64,000 nt of DNA from a virus: positions 32,001 through 96,000 of the IMG/VR virus record IMGVR_UViG_3300006931_000001, one strand, 5' to 3'. How positions within the stretch are numbered: the stretch's first letter is position 1; the number at the start of each line of letters is the position of its first letter. Below are positions 19,033-29,785 of this stretch, piece after piece. The notes under the pieces were generated by a model, which searched no databases, was not told the DNA's origin, and saw only the letters and a program-made list of their open reading frames with translations. The position numbers and the translations under genes are program-made.

Positions 19033-21198
19033 ATGCCACAGGACAAACCAACTAGGCCAGATGACGCATTTGGTTCACGATTCGCAAAATCTTTACAGTA
19101 TGGATTTTTTCTTTACGATATGCAGGCAGACACATCATTTGCTGATATCGTAAGAAATGCTGATCGTTATGTGCCTTTGATTCTCAATCCACAAACTGTA
19201 ATAATACGTGAACCCTATGCTACTGCATCAACACCGACGCAGGGTGGTGGTTTAGTAATTGAGTCTCGTGGTGGTATTATCAAACACGGACAAATTTCAG
19301 GCACTACAGCTTACCTACCTGTTGATCGTGATGATGATGTCGTAGTTATTCCATCGACTAACGGACGGTCATTGACACCGACAGGTGCAAATGTTGATAA
19401 TACGTTAGGTAAACGATCTGGTTTTTTAGCATTTCATAGACTACGTTATATTTTTCGTCTCTATCAATACGAACGTAGACGTGGAAATACGAAGATTTCA
19501 CTACATTGGTTTGATATCAAAAATGATGAATTGTGGCGTATAGAGCCTCAAGAATTTACAATGCGCCGGCAAGCTCGGCGTTCTATGTTATTTGATTATG
19601 ATATTTCATTTCAGCTGATAGAGCAGTCCAATATACTCGGCGAATCAGTTATTGTAATAAACGGATTTGAGTTACCAAAACCACCAAACCCACCAAATGG
19701 TTTACATACTGACGCACTGCAGCGTATTGCTAATACTATCAGTAGTGCTACTAATTCTGTACACGCATATGGCACGCCTTCTGTCTTAGACTCTGTGAGT
19801 AGAATGCGAGAATTGAGTGGAGCTGCAGAAGGTTTTGTTAATAAAGTATCAGGTGCAGTGCAGCGTACTTTTCAGAATGTCATAGCTAGTCTTAATAATG
19901 TCGTAGGCTTTTTTGATGATATCCATAGTACATTTGTAACAGCTCTGTCGATTCCTTTGGCGGTCCTGGGACAATTAAACGCAGCAGTGGACGGAGCTCG
20001 TGCAGTATGGTTCGAATTTGCGTCAGATAATATTCATGCCGAATTAAATGAATGGGCGCATGAGATAAAGCAGTTAACGTACGGATTAATTTCATATCAC
20101 TTAGCTGCATTTAATCAGGCACCTGGTCAAGACATCATGGTACAGGATCAATCATTCTCTACAGGTAAAGCCAAGAGTGGTTTTACGAATTCACTCATGC
20201 AAGAGACTGACACGAGCGCCGGTTCTCCGGATCAGAATCCAGTGCTCGGAGCCAGCGGTCTGAGTTTGCAAACTAACGTTGCAGCTCTTTCTAACGTAAA
20301 ATCCATTGAGATGGTTCCTATCCAGGTTGGCGATTCCATATATACTATTGCGCAGCGAGAATTAGGCGATATTAGAAGAGCCATCGATCTGATTGTAATT
20401 AATGAGCTCGATGCACCATATATCGTTGCCGACTCGAAACAGAAGCCACCGAATACTCTAGCTTGGAGTGAATTCATTGGAAAACCATCGACACAGCGTG
20501 TATCTCAAGTAGAGGCACAATCTACTCAGCAATTAATATCAACGTACTCATCTAACAACATCAGTCGTGTTGTGTCATCTACTGTGTTGGTAGATAATCA
20601 GGCAGCTGGAAATTGGTTTGAAGATCAGTGGGTTGGATTTACTATAACACTGACACACGCTTCAAGTGGTGTGCAAGAAACACGTGTTATCGTAGATAGC
20701 GACACACATGGAACACTCACTCTGAATTATGCATTTAACGTATTACCAATTGCTGGTGTTGATAGTTACACATTGAGTTTGCAAACTTTCGCGGCCGGCA
20801 GACCAGTGCAAGAAGATGTGAAAGCATTTGGTAGTGACTTTCTGCTCAAATGGAGCAGTGATAACAAAGCTACTATCGTACTTAATGCTAATAGAGATAT
20901 TGCTCGCGTTTCTGGTCTTGATAATTTATTTCAGGCTATCCGATTACGCTGCCTGACAGAACCAGGCAGTTTACCATGGCACACCACATACGGCGTTGCC
21001 TGGCCTACAGGAAGGCCGTGGGATGAATCTAGCGCAATCCAGTATACATTTTTTGTTCGTCGTTCTTTGCTGAATGATCGGCGTATCGCAGCAATAAGTA
21101 ATGCTAAAATCACTTTGGTTGGAACCAAGTTTACATTTGAAGCTGAGGTTCAACCGATAAAAACACGCAAATCGAGAAAAGTCAAAGTGTCGAAATGA
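19033..21198 (+). CDS. baseplate protein: tube-initiator-like + LysM-like + gp25-like wedge fusion
   Basis: LNPQ...TPTQGG N-terminus; GDSIYTIAQRELGD LysM-like segment; GLDNLFQAIRLR..TEPGSLPWH..YG C-terminus. Confidence 0.65.
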   Translation: MPQDKPTRPDDAFGSRFAKSLQYGFFLYDMQADTSFADIVRNADRYVPLILNPQTVIIREPYATASTPTQGGGLVIESRGGIIKHGQISGTTAYLPVDRDDDVVVIPSTNGRSLTPTGANVDNTLGKRSGFLAFHRLRYIFRLYQYERRRGNTKISLHWFDIKNDELWRIEPQEFTMRRQARRSMLFDYDISFQLIEQSNILGESVIVINGFELPKPPNPPNGLHTDALQRIANTISSATNSVHAYGTPSVLDSVSRMRELSGAAEGFVNKVSGAVQRTFQNVIASLNNVVGFFDDIHSTFVTALSIPLAVLGQLNAAVDGARAVWFEFASDNIHAELNEWAHEIKQLTYGLISYHLAAFNQAPGQDIMVQDQSFSTGKAKSGFTNSLMQETDTSAGSPDQNPVLGASGLSLQTNVAALSNVKSIEMVPIQVGDSIYTIAQRELGDIRRAIDLIVINELDAPYIVADSKQKPPNTLAWSEFIGKPSTQRVSQVEAQSTQQLISTYSSNNISRVVSSTVLVDNQAAGNWFEDQWVGFTITLTHASSGVQETRVIVDSDTHGTLTLNYAFNVLPIAGVDSYTLSLQTFAAGRPVQEDVKAFGSDFLLKWSSDNKATIVLNANRDIARVSGLDNLFQAIRLRCLTEPGSLPWHTTYGVAWPTGRPWDESSAIQYTFFVRRSLLNDRRIAAISNAKITLVGTKFTFEAEVQPIKTRKSRKVKVSK

Positions 21199-21205
21199 GG
21201 AGCAT

Positions 21206-23530
21206 ATGGCATTAGCATTCAGACTAAAAACACAGCCTGAAATTCTGTTGAGTATGCTCGCTCAAGCCAGAGCTGAGTCAGACATCAATGGAAATGGTGA
21301 TATTGATCTCAATGTTGGTTCTGTTGGCAGAATCTTTTTAGAAACTGCAGCTGAAAGTGATGCAGATCAATATATTCAGATTAGTAAGCTGTTAAAGCTT
21401 TTTTCAATATTCACAGCTAAAGGTGTAGACCTAGATGAACGGATGCGAGATTTAGGCTCTGACATCTTTCCAGAAATGCGGCGTTTAGCTGCAAACACAT
21501 CAATCGGGACAATTACTGTCGGTGATGGCGCACTGCTAGTATCCTCAGCCTTAGCCGCAGATACAACGCAGAATGCTCTTACATTTTCCTCTCTAATCGG
21601 TGACGGTTCCAAATTTCCAATCAGTGGCGGAATCGTATTAGAGCAAGGCACTACACGGCAAGAGACTATAGTATATAAAAGATCTGGTGATGTATTTACT
21701 GTTTTGTATCCAACTACCGGATGTGTGAATTCACATCCTGTTGGAGGTACAATTCTGTCTATCGCTACACGATCTTTTCTTCAGGCTCCGGTTAGTATCG
21801 GCGCGACGATTATTACTCTACCTACCGGAACAGGTGCAGCTTGGGCTAGTAGTGGTAGTGTGATCCTAGATCAAGGTACTGTTAGCGAAGAAAAAAAGAC
21901 GTTTACGAGATCTGTAGATACATTGACAGTAGCTGCACTAACATTTGGTCATAATGCAGGTACTAGTTTAATACAAAGCACATTTGGTTCGGATCGTAAT
22001 ATTCCATTTAGTCAGGTTTGTTATGTACCAGCAACCGACACGTCTAAAGAGATTGATTTTCGTGTATCACAAAGCAATGCAAAATTGCTTGATGGTGCAT
22101 TTGTATCAGATCCAATAACAATTGAAAGTATTCTTCCTGGATCTGCAACAAAAGTTGGCTCTAATATTATTACAAAATGGCAATCTCCTCCATTTACGGG
22201 AGCTACCGTAACAAATCCTACAGCCGTTACGCGTGGTAGAGAACGAGAAGATGATAGTTCATATGTGCAGCGTGTTGTTAATTTTATTCAGAGTCTCTCT
22301 AGAGGCACACCATTAGCAACTACAACGCTAACAAACGGTGTCACAGATCCGGTTACTGGAGCACAGGTAGCTTTTGCTCAAATTGTAGAGCCCGTAGCTC
22401 CCGGAATGAGTGTCCTTTACATATCTGACGGTACAGCGACTTTTGCACTTACGCAGATACAGTTTCAAGGTAGAGACGTATTAATTAGTGATGCTGAATC
22501 TGGAGATCGACGAGGTAAGCTTTCACAGTATGGTCCTTTTGTAGTCTCAGCAACTACGCCGACTAGTCCAAGAATATTTACAAGTTTTCAGCGTGGCACT
22601 GCTACAGCTGTCGCGGCGGGTTCACTTACCGATACTACCAAATCCTTAAGTATCAATTTCTATAACGGTGCCTATCTTAAAGCAGATGACAATACGTTTT
22701 ACAAAATCAACAGTAATACAGCAAATACATTTACGTTAGCTACGACGTCGACACCGTCTTTGGGTGTATACGCCATTGTAGATTTTGGAACGTTTCCGCA
22801 AATTAGTAGTACATCGACCAGCGTATCGGCTAATACATTAACTGATACTACACAGACGATGACCATAAATGCGCATGTTGGTAAGTGGGTTGTAGATTCA
22901 GCTGGGAAAGCCTGGCAGGTTACAGCAAATACAGCTACTGCTTTTACTCTTGCAGCGAGCGGTGCGACTCCTGCATCAGGAGCTTATACGCTGACAGCTG
23001 GTAATCCGATTCCTCTTATACCTGGTACTGATTATTTATTTAACCAGACTAACGGTGATATTGAATTAGTGCTAAGCAAGGCTTTGCAGTTAAATGATTG
23101 TATGTTAGCTGCATCCGATGGAGCGAATCCGTCGGTTGGTGCTTATACATATACGACTGGTTTAGGAGCTTACGTACAGCGTTTGGTAAATGGTGATCCT
23201 AGTGATTTTACGAATTTTCCAGGTATCCGCGCTGATGGTACTCAAGTCTTAGTAACTGCACCGATTACAGTGTCTACTACATTTACGTTACAAGTTATTG
23301 CTGCACGAGGATTCTCCGATCAAGATATTACAGCTGATGTACAGAGTGCAGTAGAGACATACGTAAATTCTCTTGGAATTGGTGAAGATGTTATTATTTC
23401 TGAAATAATTCGTGTGGTGAAGAGTCTGGTAGGTGTTGCAGATGTCAAGATGATCGATCCGACGTCGAACGTGACAGTGCCTGCGGGCTCTATCATGCGT
23501 ATTACAGCGTCGAGTGTGGTGCCAGTATGA
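21206..23530 (+). CDS. baseplate J-like wedge protein
   Basis: DLNVGSVGR..LE, TAKGVDLD, GREREDD, YVNSLGIGEDVIISEI...GVADV. Confidence 0.85.
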   Translation: MALAFRLKTQPEILLSMLAQARAESDINGNGDIDLNVGSVGRIFLETAAESDADQYIQISKLLKLFSIFTAKGVDLDERMRDLGSDIFPEMRRLAANTSIGTITVGDGALLVSSALAADTTQNALTFSSLIGDGSKFPISGGIVLEQGTTRQETIVYKRSGDVFTVLYPTTGCVNSHPVGGTILSIATRSFLQAPVSIGATIITLPTGTGAAWASSGSVILDQGTVSEEKKTFTRSVDTLTVAALTFGHNAGTSLIQSTFGSDRNIPFSQVCYVPATDTSKEIDFRVSQSNAKLLDGAFVSDPITIESILPGSATKVGSNIITKWQSPPFTGATVTNPTAVTRGREREDDSSYVQRVVNFIQSLSRGTPLATTTLTNGVTDPVTGAQVAFAQIVEPVAPGMSVLYISDGTATFALTQIQFQGRDVLISDAESGDRRGKLSQYGPFVVSATTPTSPRIFTSFQRGTATAVAAGSLTDTTKSLSINFYNGAYLKADDNTFYKINSNTANTFTLATTSTPSLGVYAIVDFGTFPQISSTSTSVSANTLTDTTQTMTINAHVGKWVVDSAGKAWQVTANTATAFTLAASGATPASGAYTLTAGNPIPLIPGTDYLFNQTNGDIELVLSKALQLNDCMLAASDGANPSVGAYTYTTGLGAYVQRLVNGDPSDFTNFPGIRADGTQVLVTAPITVSTTFTLQVIAARGFSDQDITADVQSAVETYVNSLGIGEDVIISEIIRVVKSLVGVADVKMIDPTSNVTVPAGSIMRITASSVVPV

Positions 23531-24372
23531 TACTTCCACCATACAACGTACAATTTATTACATCTACATCTGTACTCAATTCTCGTAATAATACATTTAT
23601 ATTTTCGATGCCTACAACTGTAGATGTAGATGACACGGTGTTGTTATTTACATGGTCTGGTGAAACTAATGATTCAAAATTAAATACAGCAGCGCTGCCT
23701 AATAGTTGGTCTTTGCTTTCAGAAATTAACACACCAACACGTCAACAAGTATGTTTGCTTCGTCATACAGTGTTGACTGAAGAGACAGCTACATATACGT
23801 TTCCTGAAATTACCACAGGAGTCGGACTTCCCTTATTTGGTTTTAGCTTAGCTTATCGTGGTTTAGATCCGTCCACTGCTTTAATATCGGCAGGTGTAAC
23901 GGATATTACTACTAATACTGTATTGTTTAATTGTCCAAGTACAACACTAGTGAAAAATTCTGATGTCTATTTAGGATTCACAGCTGGTTTGTCTTCGATA
24001 CCGATATTCAGTACACCGCCAATTAACGCAACAGAGCGTGTAGATTCTAGTGGTACACTGATTTCAACATATCATGCATCTGCATTTGAATTACTCACTC
24101 ACAAGCTTGGTACTACAGGTGTACAAACTGTAACATTAGATACAGCATCAACTGGTGTAGCTGCATCTTATGCATTAAAGGCGATTTCAGGTAACGTTGA
24201 TAATTACAAAACTAAATTGATGCGTCAGATGATTCAGCGTTCGCCGCTCGATACGCGCCTGAGTTCGCCGCTTGGCGTATTACTGCATGTTGTAGGAACG
24301 CAAGACAACGTAATTGGTGGATTATTCGGTGATAGTGATTTTCTTCCAGATGATCCTGCAGGAGCATTTTGA
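23527..24372 (+). CDS. putative baseplate/tail protein
   Basis: Thr/Ser-rich ORF overlapping baseplate J. Confidence 0.55.
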   Translation: MILPPYNVQFITSTSVLNSRNNTFIFSMPTTVDVDDTVLLFTWSGETNDSKLNTAALPNSWSLLSEINTPTRQQVCLLRHTVLTEETATYTFPEITTGVGLPLFGFSLAYRGLDPSTALISAGVTDITTNTVLFNCPSTTLVKNSDVYLGFTAGLSSIPIFSTPPINATERVDSSGTLISTYHASAFELLTHKLGTTGVQTVTLDTASTGVAASYALKAISGNVDNYKTKLMRQMIQRSPLDTRLSSPLGVLLHVVGTQDNVIGGLFGDSDFLPDDPAGAF

Positions 24373-25496
24373 TGGCGACGTCATGGCCTTCTGTAATTCC
24401 GATAGCTTCTACACAGCCTAGCGGTTCTGTAGAGCAAATTAGCGCGATCCAGTCAGCACGAGCTTCAATGCTATTAGCTTATGCAGAAGGTGCATACCTA
24501 ACAGCTATTGGTCAAAATTACGGTGTACCTCGTGCACCACAGTTAACATCGAGTGGTGATGACTTATATCGTCGGATCATCCCGGTACTTGCGTGGAGTC
24601 CGAAGATGATCAAACGGACGACGTACGTACTATTAGAGACATTATTTGGATCTCAACAGTCTCTAATTACTGCTGGTGTGCGTCCGTGGCGTATTTTTGA
24701 AGTTTCTGTTAACGAAATTGTCTTTGAAATACCAGCAAATTTAATGGCTACCAGTAATGAAAATGCCAGCTACCTTCATGGCTGGGTTGGCTACGCATTC
24801 AATGCCACGGGTAGTACTGCAAACTCATTCACAACACCTGGTGACGTACGAACCGCTGCAGCAAATTCACTAATAGGTGCAGCTGTATTTCGTTTATATC
24901 TCAGTGGAGCTTGGACTACCAACACAGCGACTGGTATAACATATGACGCAACTACGGATACAACTACTGTTACATTTGCGAGTCCTGTAATACCAAGTGG
25001 TGGGTGTCCGTTTTTTGTAGATGTCACAGGTAATGGAACTACTACGAGCTATCGTGGTGATTATCTAGCACCCAGTGTATATATCTCAGCATTCACTACA
25101 GCGCCAGGAGTTGGTACGACATCGACAATTTCTGTACTAGGTGATGCTACCAAAGAATTAGTAGCTAATGGTTCTGTTCATTTATCATTTGGAGCCTCTA
25201 CAGCTGATGTAATCTTGAGTGTAGATCCAACGTATGATCCTACTACGAATCTAAGTACGTTGACAATAACCACTACAATTTCATTAGGTTTGAGTGGGTT
25301 ATTATTTAGAGCTCAAGAAGCTGCAGATGGCACTTCACCAGCAACCGCACCTCATAACGATCGTGTCTACCTAGCAGGTAATGGTTTATATGAAGTGTTT
25401 CAATATTACTATGATTTGCTTGTAAGAGCTGCTGGTATTATTGTTCGCTTGGAAGTCGTATCAGATTACACGCATACACATAGGAGTGTTCCATGA
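24369..25496 (+). CDS. putative baseplate wedge (gpI-like) protein
   Basis: AEGAYLTAIGQNYGVPR...DDLYRR; C-terminal LVRAAGI. Confidence 0.6.
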   Translation: MMATSWPSVIPIASTQPSGSVEQISAIQSARASMLLAYAEGAYLTAIGQNYGVPRAPQLTSSGDDLYRRIIPVLAWSPKMIKRTTYVLLETLFGSQQSLITAGVRPWRIFEVSVNEIVFEIPANLMATSNENASYLHGWVGYAFNATGSTANSFTTPGDVRTAAANSLIGAAVFRLYLSGAWTTNTATGITYDATTDTTTVTFASPVIPSGGCPFFVDVTGNGTTTSYRGDYLAPSVYISAFTTAPGVGTTSTISVLGDATKELVANGSVHLSFGASTADVILSVDPTYDPTTNLSTLTITTTISLGLSGLLFRAQEAADGTSPATAPHNDRVYLAGNGLYEVFQYYYDLLVRAAGIIVRLEVVSDYTHTHRSVP

Positions 25497-28400
25497 GTGC
25501 AGGAGATGTCACAAATCCAAAACGCGTTCGTGTGAGTGCTAACCAGCGTGTTGACGCTGTTGATGTAGATGCACTCAGCACTGAATTACTAGAACATAAT
25601 GACGCGCAAGCGAGAGCTGAATTATTTACACCTTTGAACGTTGGAGGCACATCACCTACCGGGATGATTCTGACAGGCTACAGTTTGACGCTAAACCCTA
25701 CTGGTGGAAGTGATGGCAAAGTTAGAATTAATCCAGCTCTCGGTGTCGCCGTGGACGCAGATGGTAGATTGATTGTCAAAGAAAATGGAACACAAATTGA
25801 CGTATCGATTCCTAGCGGCACGAATCAATTATATATTTATTGGAATGAAACAGCCGTAGATGCGGCTACACGTCGTTTTATTTCTGTAACTTCGCCTTTT
25901 AGTGAGTCACCAAAAACCACTAATACACGTTTTCAATCGACATTTGGTACATGGGTTCGGTCTGGTAACGCTACTACGATAGTAGCGACAGATAATGTGA
26001 ACGGCCAAACAAAAGCGCTTGTGTGTATTGGTATTGTTACTAATACTGCAGGAGTTATCTCTGTAACAGGTTACGATACGATACTAGCGCCAAATGGTAC
26101 AACCATTACAAATAGATTGAGTACGATTACTCAGCCTACTACAGTACCAGCTAATAACTCAACGAGCGGCACGTTTCAGACATTACATGATTTGGTAAAA
26201 TCTCTTGGTTATCTGTTAGGTAGAGCTATTTACAATAGCAGTACGTTTTTAACGCCAAGTGCAGCAAATAATTTTGGTGCTTATAGTCAACCTGTAATCG
26301 GCGTAGACAGAGCCGGACGTGAGATTTATGATACGGTGACTATCGGTGATGGAGTATCTGTTTTTGGTTCATACAATAGAAATCAATTTGCAACTGATGA
26401 CCAGATGCTTAATGCTGCGTTGGCTACATTGGCAACGCGAGCTACTTCGGGATTAGCGGTTGGCTATCTGCTAATCAAGCCAGGTGTTACATTATCTACA
26501 TTTACTGGAAACGTAACTGTACCAACTAACTGTCGTGTTGTGATTCAAGGCTCGGGTGATTTATCTGCATCACCTCAAATAATTATCAACAGTGCAGTTG
26601 GTTTTACACTCGCTAGCACAACGACCAGTTTTTTAGCATTCGAGAACATTTCTATTAGTAATATCGGTACAGCAGTTTTACACAGCATAACTACAACATT
26701 TCGTGCGAAACGTTGTATTTTTACGAGAAACGGAAGTGCTGCAGTTTTACCGTTATTTACAACTAATACTGCTGTTACGACAATCTCTGACTGCATATTT
26801 GATAGATGTACATTTATCGAGTCTGGTATTAATGCCTATGATGATACGAAATACATGTTCATAGACACAGGTACCAATAATACACAAGGTGTACCAACAC
26901 GTTTTGTATTATCGAGATGTATATTTACCAACACGACAAATTTCTCTCAACGAGGAATTCGTGTAGGGAACATTAATGAAGGTTTGAATATTGATGATTG
27001 TAAATTCCAATGTACACAAACAGGAGCTGCTGCTCCTGTAAATATAACACCTTTTTGGGTGGAGTTGATTTCACAGTCTGGTACTTTTGCTTCTGGCATG
27101 GATCGTAGAATTCGAGGATGTATATTTAATGCTTGCGGTGATTGGAACTCCAAACCAATAATGTGTGGTATTTCACTTACAGACGTATGTGGATTAACAA
27201 TATCACACTGTGATTTCCAGCGTATTTTACGACCCGTCAATATTCCTTTAGGAACACAGGGTGGTAGTCAAGATGTAAAAATTTTAGGTTGTCGTTTCTT
27301 ACAGCGAGCTAATGGTATTACGATTCAGACAAATACGAGTACATCAGGCGGCGGTGTAGCAACTGGACCTCTAAATCACATCGCAGCAATCAATACTACA
27401 AGCACATTAAAGAATTTCACAGTACAAGATTGTTATTTCGAGGCTTGGGTTTGTTATCATGCAGATAGTTCAGTAAGTACAAGTATCAATGTTACTTATC
27501 GGGGTTGCACATTTATCGATAGTATGTTGTTATTTGGAGATCCATTCTCGCCTGTATCTTCTTTTCAAACAGTAGATGTAAATCACTGTACATTTCAACG
27601 TACATCATCCTCTATTACTGCATTTATTCCGGTTCGTATTCATGGACCGACACTTAAACAAATTTCTGTTTCAAGTTGTTTTTTTAGAGGTTATGCATTT
27701 GCGAGTACGAATGTTACACCTCTGTGTATAGATCTTGGAAGTGGTTCACTTGTTACAACTTTAGACCAGATACACATTGATGGTTGTAGTTTTGCAGATT
27801 GTGATAATGAAACAATGAATTATTTAGGTAGTTCTACGACTACATTACATTCATTGATTTTCTTATACGCTACGACACTTATGGTTGATATTACCGTAAC
27901 GCGTTGTCGTGCATCTACGATTATGTCCTCTGCGGTTAGAGGTACTGCTAGTAATTTACAGCACGTTACATTTGTAGGTAGTTCATCATCTAATGTTGGA
28001 CCTACTACTGTTCAAAATATGCAAATTTCAAATAATGTTATAGGAGACATTAGTTCTCATTGTGGATTAGTAAATACTTTTGGTCTATCTAAATTCGTTT
28101 TTAACTCTTTGTTGATCTCTGATAATCAGCATACAATTAAAATGAACGACGACATAGTTACTGGGGCTGGTTATGATGATCAGTGGTCTGGTACCTATCT
28201 TAATATTCCGTCATCTTCTACAGAAATTTCTGGTGAATTGTCAGTTAGTGGAAATGTTTATTATATTGTTAATACAAATGGAGGCTCTGGATTAGGTAGT
28301 CCGATTTATAAAATGATATATCATCGTGATGACAGTGTAAGTGCAACATCAAGTCAGTGGGGATCAGTGCTTATAGCGAATAATGTATTAACTGTAGATA

Positions 28401-28609
28401 TTAATGCTAGTTCAATCAATGCTGTAAACTTTATTGGTTTAGTTGGTGGACTTACTTTTGTAAATAATATAGCTCGACGCAAAGATCTTCGAACAGGCAC
28501 TGCTAACGTTGCTTTTACTAAATTTTTTAGTGGTGTTAGTAGTGCGGTTCCAGCAAAGCCCGGTGCTGGAGTTACTTGGACTAATAATAATTGCTGGGTA
28601 GATCAATAA
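25493..28609 (+). CDS. tail fibre/tailspike with right-handed beta-helix (candidate depolymerase)
   Basis: 1038 aa; recurring (I/V)xxCxF and IxNN rungs. Confidence 0.7.
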   Translation: MSAGDVTNPKRVRVSANQRVDAVDVDALSTELLEHNDAQARAELFTPLNVGGTSPTGMILTGYSLTLNPTGGSDGKVRINPALGVAVDADGRLIVKENGTQIDVSIPSGTNQLYIYWNETAVDAATRRFISVTSPFSESPKTTNTRFQSTFGTWVRSGNATTIVATDNVNGQTKALVCIGIVTNTAGVISVTGYDTILAPNGTTITNRLSTITQPTTVPANNSTSGTFQTLHDLVKSLGYLLGRAIYNSSTFLTPSAANNFGAYSQPVIGVDRAGREIYDTVTIGDGVSVFGSYNRNQFATDDQMLNAALATLATRATSGLAVGYLLIKPGVTLSTFTGNVTVPTNCRVVIQGSGDLSASPQIIINSAVGFTLASTTTSFLAFENISISNIGTAVLHSITTTFRAKRCIFTRNGSAAVLPLFTTNTAVTTISDCIFDRCTFIESGINAYDDTKYMFIDTGTNNTQGVPTRFVLSRCIFTNTTNFSQRGIRVGNINEGLNIDDCKFQCTQTGAAAPVNITPFWVELISQSGTFASGMDRRIRGCIFNACGDWNSKPIMCGISLTDVCGLTISHCDFQRILRPVNIPLGTQGGSQDVKILGCRFLQRANGITIQTNTSTSGGGVATGPLNHIAAINTTSTLKNFTVQDCYFEAWVCYHADSSVSTSINVTYRGCTFIDSMLLFGDPFSPVSSFQTVDVNHCTFQRTSSSITAFIPVRIHGPTLKQISVSSCFFRGYAFASTNVTPLCIDLGSGSLVTTLDQIHIDGCSFADCDNETMNYLGSSTTTLHSLIFLYATTLMVDITVTRCRASTIMSSAVRGTASNLQHVTFVGSSSSNVGPTTVQNMQISNNVIGDISSHCGLVNTFGLSKFVFNSLLISDNQHTIKMNDDIVTGAGYDDQWSGTYLNIPSSSTEISGELSVSGNVYYIVNTNGGSGLGSPIYKMIYHRDDSVSATSSQWGSVLIANNVLTVDINASSINAVNFIGLVGGLTFVNNIARRKDLRTGTANVAFTKFFSGVSSAVPAKPGAGVTWTNNNCWVDQ

Positions 28610-28621
28610 AAGGAAATAATT

Positions 28622-28963
28622 ATGTATCCACGTGGAACACCTGTAATTATTAATGGTCGAACTGGAGGAACTCCAGGACCAGCTACGACAACTGTAGCCC
28701 GTATCAGAATTCCTAATCCAGCGCGTAATCAAGGAAAATTAGATGCTGTCGCACCTGTAGCTTTTGCTCGACGTTTACAGATAACTAATTTGGATGCTAC
28801 AAATAATTTACTAGTGTATCTTGGTAACCAAGATGCGCCAGTTGATTTTTTGACTGTCAAGCCAAATACGCAGCTAACTTGGGACGTCCAGATGACGGAA
28901 TTTACGGTAGCATCTAGTGCTAGTACGGTTCAATGGGAAGCTTTAGCTATCGTAGCATCATAA
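28622..28963 (+). CDS. hypothetical structural protein
   Basis: AAGGA RBS; LQITNLD...LLVYL beta-sandwich-like. Confidence 0.6.
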   Translation: MYPRGTPVIINGRTGGTPGPATTTVARIRIPNPARNQGKLDAVAPVAFARRLQITNLDATNNLLVYLGNQDAPVDFLTVKPNTQLTWDVQMTEFTVASSASTVQWEALAIVAS

Positions 28964-28993
28964 TATATTATATTAATCATATAGGAGGAAACC

Positions 28994-29491
28994 ATGAACG
29001 GAGCGCAGTTGTCGCCACCAACGACTGTTGACTTAGCGCAACAGATGCCACAAATGTGGCAGTATGGCGTTCTGGGTGTGGTAGTAGTGGTGTTTGCTCT
29101 TGTTATTAAATTCTTATACAAAAGGAACGAAGAGAAAAATGCGTTATTGCTGTCTAAGGTGGAAGCCAAAGAGGCTGAAGTCAGCAAAGAACGTAGTGAA
29201 TTTGGTAAAGAACGTGAAGGTTGGGCTGCAGAACGTGCACGCTGGGATGCACGAGAAGCCTCTATCAGACATGAATTTGAAGAGCGGCATACTGAATTAG
29301 TTAAGACGTATGCTACACAGATTCTTAAATTACAAGATGAATCAAGAATCCGTGAGGATGCTATCCGAAAGGAAGCATTAGATACGTCTAGACAAATCGG
29401 TGAAGCCGCGGCGAGAGCAAATGACTCACTTACGCAACTCCTCCAAAAATTCTACGAGAGAATGGTTTCTCACACACCACGTGGGTACTAG
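28994..29491 (+). CDS. holin-like / membrane-anchored coiled-coil protein
   Basis: QYGVLGVVVVVFALVIKFLY transmembrane segment then charged coiled coil; AGGAGG RBS. Confidence 0.5.
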   Translation: MNGAQLSPPTTVDLAQQMPQMWQYGVLGVVVVVFALVIKFLYKRNEEKNALLLSKVEAKEAEVSKERSEFGKEREGWAAERARWDAREASIRHEFEERHTELVKTYATQILKLQDESRIREDAIRKEALDTSRQIGEAAARANDSLTQLLQKFYERMVSHTPRGY

Positions 29492-29500
29492 GAGGATTTA

Positions 29501-29785
29501 GTGGCGCTTCACAAAAAACTAGATCCATTAATGGATTCTGGTATTCGCAGGATTCGTAATCGTGCCTGTGAATCTTATGATCGTCTGGCAGCTGCAGCAA
29601 AACAGGTGTCAGAAGAAATGGATAATCCAGATGTAACTCACGGAATTCCTGTATGGCCTCTCGATGATGAAGACAGCTTGATTATATCTGTAGAACAAGC
29701 TGTTAGTCGCCACAAATCAATCACTGAACCACCGCCAATTGTTCTAGATCCTGAATCTAAAGTGAAAGGTAATAAACATGAATGA
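29501..29785 (+). CDS. hypothetical protein
   Basis: GTG start with AGGAGG RBS. Confidence 0.6.
   Translation: MALHKKLDPLMDSGIRRIRNRACESYDRLAAAAKQVSEEMDNPDVTHGIPVWPLDDEDSLIISVEQAVSRHKSITEPPPIVLDPESKVKGNKHE

Noticed and set aside
10817-23530. Bacterial contractile injection system or tailocin
   Set aside because: Capsid, protease, scaffold and a full replication module are contiguous, so this is a phage.
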